Assembly: GCA_000004985.1 (NCBI GenBank)
Contig: GG738889.1
Reading direction: 5' to 3' (one strand)
DNA: 64,000 bases
Source of the DNA: Naegleria gruberi
Lineage: Eukaryota
A model generated the notes under the pieces. It made no database searches. It was not told the origin of the DNA and was given only the letters and a program-made list of their open reading frames with translations. Position 1 is the stretch's first letter. Each line of letters begins with the position of its first letter. Positions 62,501 through 64,000 of this stretch are shown one piece after another. Made by a program: the position numbers and the translations under genes.

Positions 62501-64000
62501 AAGCACCTGTAGCATAGGAATCCAAATGATACCAGAAACCAAAAGCATCACTTCCAGCTGCACGATTTCCAATGAAAATATTGTTTGGATTGGTAATGTA
62601 GAAGGTGGCTGGATTATTGTCTTGATTGTCTGGAAGCATGACAGATCTTGAATCTGGAATGACCTTTGAAAGTATACCAAGATTATTTTCGAAAATGTTA
62701 TACTGTTCAGCACCATCTTCAAGGAAGAAAGTATGTCCATAAATATTGAAAGCAACAACTCCTTCAACGTGTAAATAATTGGTTCCTTGCAATGCAACAG
62801 CTCTTTGATAGGTATCATAGACTGAAACCTTGTGGACATAGGAAGTATTGGCATCACCAAACAATTGGAAGTAAATTGGATAACGACCTGGAATACCAGC
62901 TTGACCCATTCGTGTGAATTCAACATTATCAAGTCTGACATATTGAGCAGTTCTGAGGAAGGCAGTGTGACCACCAAACATTGAATCTTCACTTGTTGCC
63001 AAATCACCTCTAATCTTAATATTGTGCGATAACAAACCAACTTCACCACGTTCATCAAATGTAACAACAGTTCCATTAGCCTTTTGATAGTATTCTGTAT
63101 TGGCATAGTGACCATAGACGAGTGGTTTAACAAATCCAAAACATGTACTATTGAAACGGACTGAAATTGTTCTTCTTTCAGCTTGATTGTGATAGTAATC
63201 AGTGGAAGCTAGAACAATTTCATCACCAACTTGCCATTCAGTTGGTTGTTTAAGATGAACGGAAGTATCACCAACTTGAGCTGATTTACCCAACAAAGTC
63301 CAAGAAACTTCATGTTTCTTACCATGCAAGCTCAAAGCACCTCCACTGGTTACAATGATATTCTTAACACCAAATCCAATTAAAGTTCTATTGAGATTTC
63401 TTTCACCGTGAAGTGTAATTGTGGCATTGTGTTGATGAGGGCTGGTTTCATTACCTATTTGGAGAGAACCAGTAACAATCATCGATTTAAAGTGCATTTC
63501 CAAATCAAGCTCATCACTGAAAACTAAACAACCAAATACATGAACAACGTCCAATTTTGGAGGAATGACATCCAAAATAACAGTATAGTTTTCTGGAACA
63601 ACCAAAATTCTTTCGGGTTCAAGATAGAGAGAATCATCCTCTTCTTCTTCATCAATATAGTTGTTGGTAGAATTGGTTGTAGAGTTGGTGGAATTGTGTG
63701 AAATGAGAGTATTATTAACAAGAATGAATGTTGAATTATCGCCATAGCAATTTGTAACATTGAAAATGGTTCTATTAAGGGAACAAACTGTTGAGGTATT
63801 TACAGTAATTTGATTACAGACAACACTGGTAACATTCTCTGAAATGTAGGTAGTATTGCTGCAGTTTGAATTAGTTACTGAAATACACATGGCATCTCCA
63901 TTGGAACAAGTTGAACAATTAGCACTATCACAAGTGAATGAATCAATATGAGTGAAGATGACACAATCAGTATGGTTTGTATAGTAGAATCCATCGAATG
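59523..64000 (-). CDS. Large type I membrane glycoprotein with G8 domain / right-handed beta-helix (CEMIP/TMEM2/fibrocystin-like), EGF-like modules and VWD-like domain; 5' end outside window
   Basis: The G8-like block is PERILVVPENYTVILDVIPPKLDVVHVFGCLVFSDELDLEMHFKSMIVTGSLQIGNETSP…ATITLHGE. Behind it are many beta-helix-like repeats rich in N-glycosylation sites. The EGF-like clusters include CGGAKRGKCVGPNECVCRWGWYTETC and CGGRGTCVGPNTCACFPGFGGSDC. The VWD-like block is FGDIHLRTVDAAEYTFNSIGEFYLYKS…LMKC. A C-terminal EGF (CSLNGKCLSGVCKCDLGYLGEDC) is followed by a TM (LVGIIVGSVIGGYVAVLFVCVSSIIALIII) and a short tail. The frame stays open upstream of the first ATG (63890) to the window edge with no signal peptide, so the true start lies beyond 64000. 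Confidence 0.55.
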   Translation of the reverse strand, partial: FDGFYYTNHTDCVIFTHIDSFTCDSANCSTCSNGDAMCISVTNSNCSNTTYISENVTSVVCNQITVNTSTVCSLNRTIFNVTNCYGDNSTFILVNNTLISHNSTNSTTNSTNNYIDEEEEDDSLYLEPERILVVPENYTVILDVIPPKLDVVHVFGCLVFSDELDLEMHFKSMIVTGSLQIGNETSPHQHNATITLHGERNLNRTLIGFGVKNIIVTSGGALSLHGKKHEVSWTLLGKSAQVGDTSVHLKQPTEWQVGDEIVLASTDYYHNQAERRTISVRFNSTCFGFVKPLVYGHYANTEYYQKANGTVVTFDERGEVGLLSHNIKIRGDLATSEDSMFGGHTAFLRTAQYVRLDNVEFTRMGQAGIPGRYPIYFQLFGDANTSYVHKVSVYDTYQRAVALQGTNYLHVEGVVAFNIYGHTFFLEDGAEQYNIFENNLGILSKVIPDSRSVMLPDNQDNNPATFYITNPNNIFIGNRAAGSDAFGFWYHLDSYATGASQTPYIRPNRWYWGQFVNNTAHSNNQHGMMLYPNFYTCTNPKMEMYDSTNCGTDKNPWSEPVFENMNIWKNRQNGQYSHVQGKLNLKGSIFADNPVSYTVLNIIMSPIVVSGAIFIGFTQNKGNPNNCNDGQCYRCGTDYKNPSSPYYRSLPSYSRNDPFIGVLYHRDGNTLLLQDLEFFDFVDNCERKLSSIDLRNDDWASMNQGDYVTNRMYFHNANVMYLLAGLASKESSLSDVYRHEVIIDTDGTLSRNITVPSKIRRAGARIIPSTMIMVDPILCAYVKEWNAFICDESVNFKRFEITTPAITNGIDRARVNSTNGYSEKLNGRLQYWGEWWYRALYMDYGIYRYSIDWLGVVGTPEKIRLDWQGSTTLSVSIGFVKWGPLKVKIEFTDGSPTRNLSPSNFTDGLTTYDCKNNIVTLPVKKEATVYIEEATYVPPGSNCVAVIDTDLCANRSSCGGAKRGKCVGPNECVCRWGWYTETCSSFHCVHRNWCGGRGTCVGPNTCACFPGFGGSDCSLVHIFDLVNKVLAFGDIHLRTVDAAEYTFNSIGEFYLYKSNELGLQGRLMKCTADSKTSCMKGISFMSGSDKVSILSDGKTGVKVLVNDVQVYLNETKVNVQPVEADTKFEIPKDLQKLVEQIKGQVDPDTNQVANITESQLVYKEPDTPILVLNGGATITQEDDTSSYYMVNGLKFYYKSITVKYSGDFKGQIKLRNDGLGWLAVSFAPSKDVNFTGTELGGLYGTLDGNKDNEFTLRDGTVLPSPTAEQIHQVFGESWRISKNESFFTYTVGSQYEDLNVLDFKPIMKASSENATLQALAEKACNSLGLTASFYESCMFDVLSTGLVEYAMASATAVAQDSCSNNGSCTAVLVCPNFCSLNGKCLSGVCKCDLGYLGEDCSIPVTYINLVGIIVGSVIGGYVAVLFVCVSSIIALIIISRRYKVQNVTRMVSIVPTLDHRDELRSVCSADYEDQRIEMLDRTMGTITFKRE

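Noticed and set aside
60797-63760. Minus-strand ORFs of 155 aa (60797..61264), 66 aa (61685..61885), 95 aa (61892..62179), 241 aa (62414..63139) and 78 aa (63524..63760), and plus-strand ORFs (61395..61754, 62106..62360, 62421..62651), overlapping the G8/beta-helix gene
   Set aside because: They lie in other frames or on the opposite strand of a 1455-codon ORF with multiple recognisable domains. They are Leu/Ile/Val-rich artefacts.
1-64000. Prokaryotic-style features (operons, CRISPR arrays, RBS, rho-independent terminators, mobile elements)
   Set aside because: The sequence is clearly eukaryotic. It has spliceosomal introns with GTAAGT donors, a eukaryote-type tRNA-Phe, and eukaryote-specific proteins (CAND1, tubulin, F-box, STAR, COMMD). 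No direct-repeat arrays, transposase-like ORFs, LTRs or inverted terminal repeats were seen.

Overview
This is a eukaryotic nuclear genomic segment, not prokaryotic. It is gene-dense, with about 28 protein-coding genes in 64 kb on both strands. GC content is roughly 35-38%, TAA/TAG/TGA all act as stops, and the 5' flanks are A-rich. Short spliceosomal introns (43-222 nt) have GTAAGT, GTATGT or GTAGGT donors and YAG acceptors. Several ORF-track pieces are in fact exons of one gene: the HMG-CoA lyase, the RCC1-like gene, the tubulin, the NHL receptor kinase, the Cys-rich membrane protein, the PAS-adenylyl cyclase, the ANK-kinase and the type II membrane protein. Many M residues at ORF-track starts are alternative start codons (TTG/GTG), so I moved several starts to the first real ATG. 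Two N-runs (6026-6075 and 32431-32748) are scaffold gaps inside genes. The gene content is a signalling and trafficking mix: a polytopic PAS adenylyl cyclase, a 1565-aa NHL-repeat receptor Ser/Thr kinase, a myristoylatable ANK-kinase, an RGS/SAM protein, four F-box proteins, a STAR/KH protein, CAND1, a COMMD protein, a BLTP3-like chorein-N lipid-transfer protein, and a G8/beta-helix/VWD membrane glycoprotein. Housekeeping genes include HMG-CoA lyase, a GlcNAc kinase-like ATPase, an ADCK/ABC1 kinase, an amine oxidase, a UNC93-like MFS protein, a metallothionein-like 47-aa CDS and tRNA-Phe. Composition and gene repertoire suggest a free-living amoeboid protist (heterolobosean or amoebozoan-like), but I cannot pin down the taxon from sequence alone. 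The most unusual items are an F-box ORF fused in frame, across a single TAG, to a Rho-derived pseudo-GTPase that has no ATG of its own; a highly divergent alpha-like tubulin with a 43-nt intron; and a BLTP3-like protein carrying a PH domain and a coiled-coil extension.
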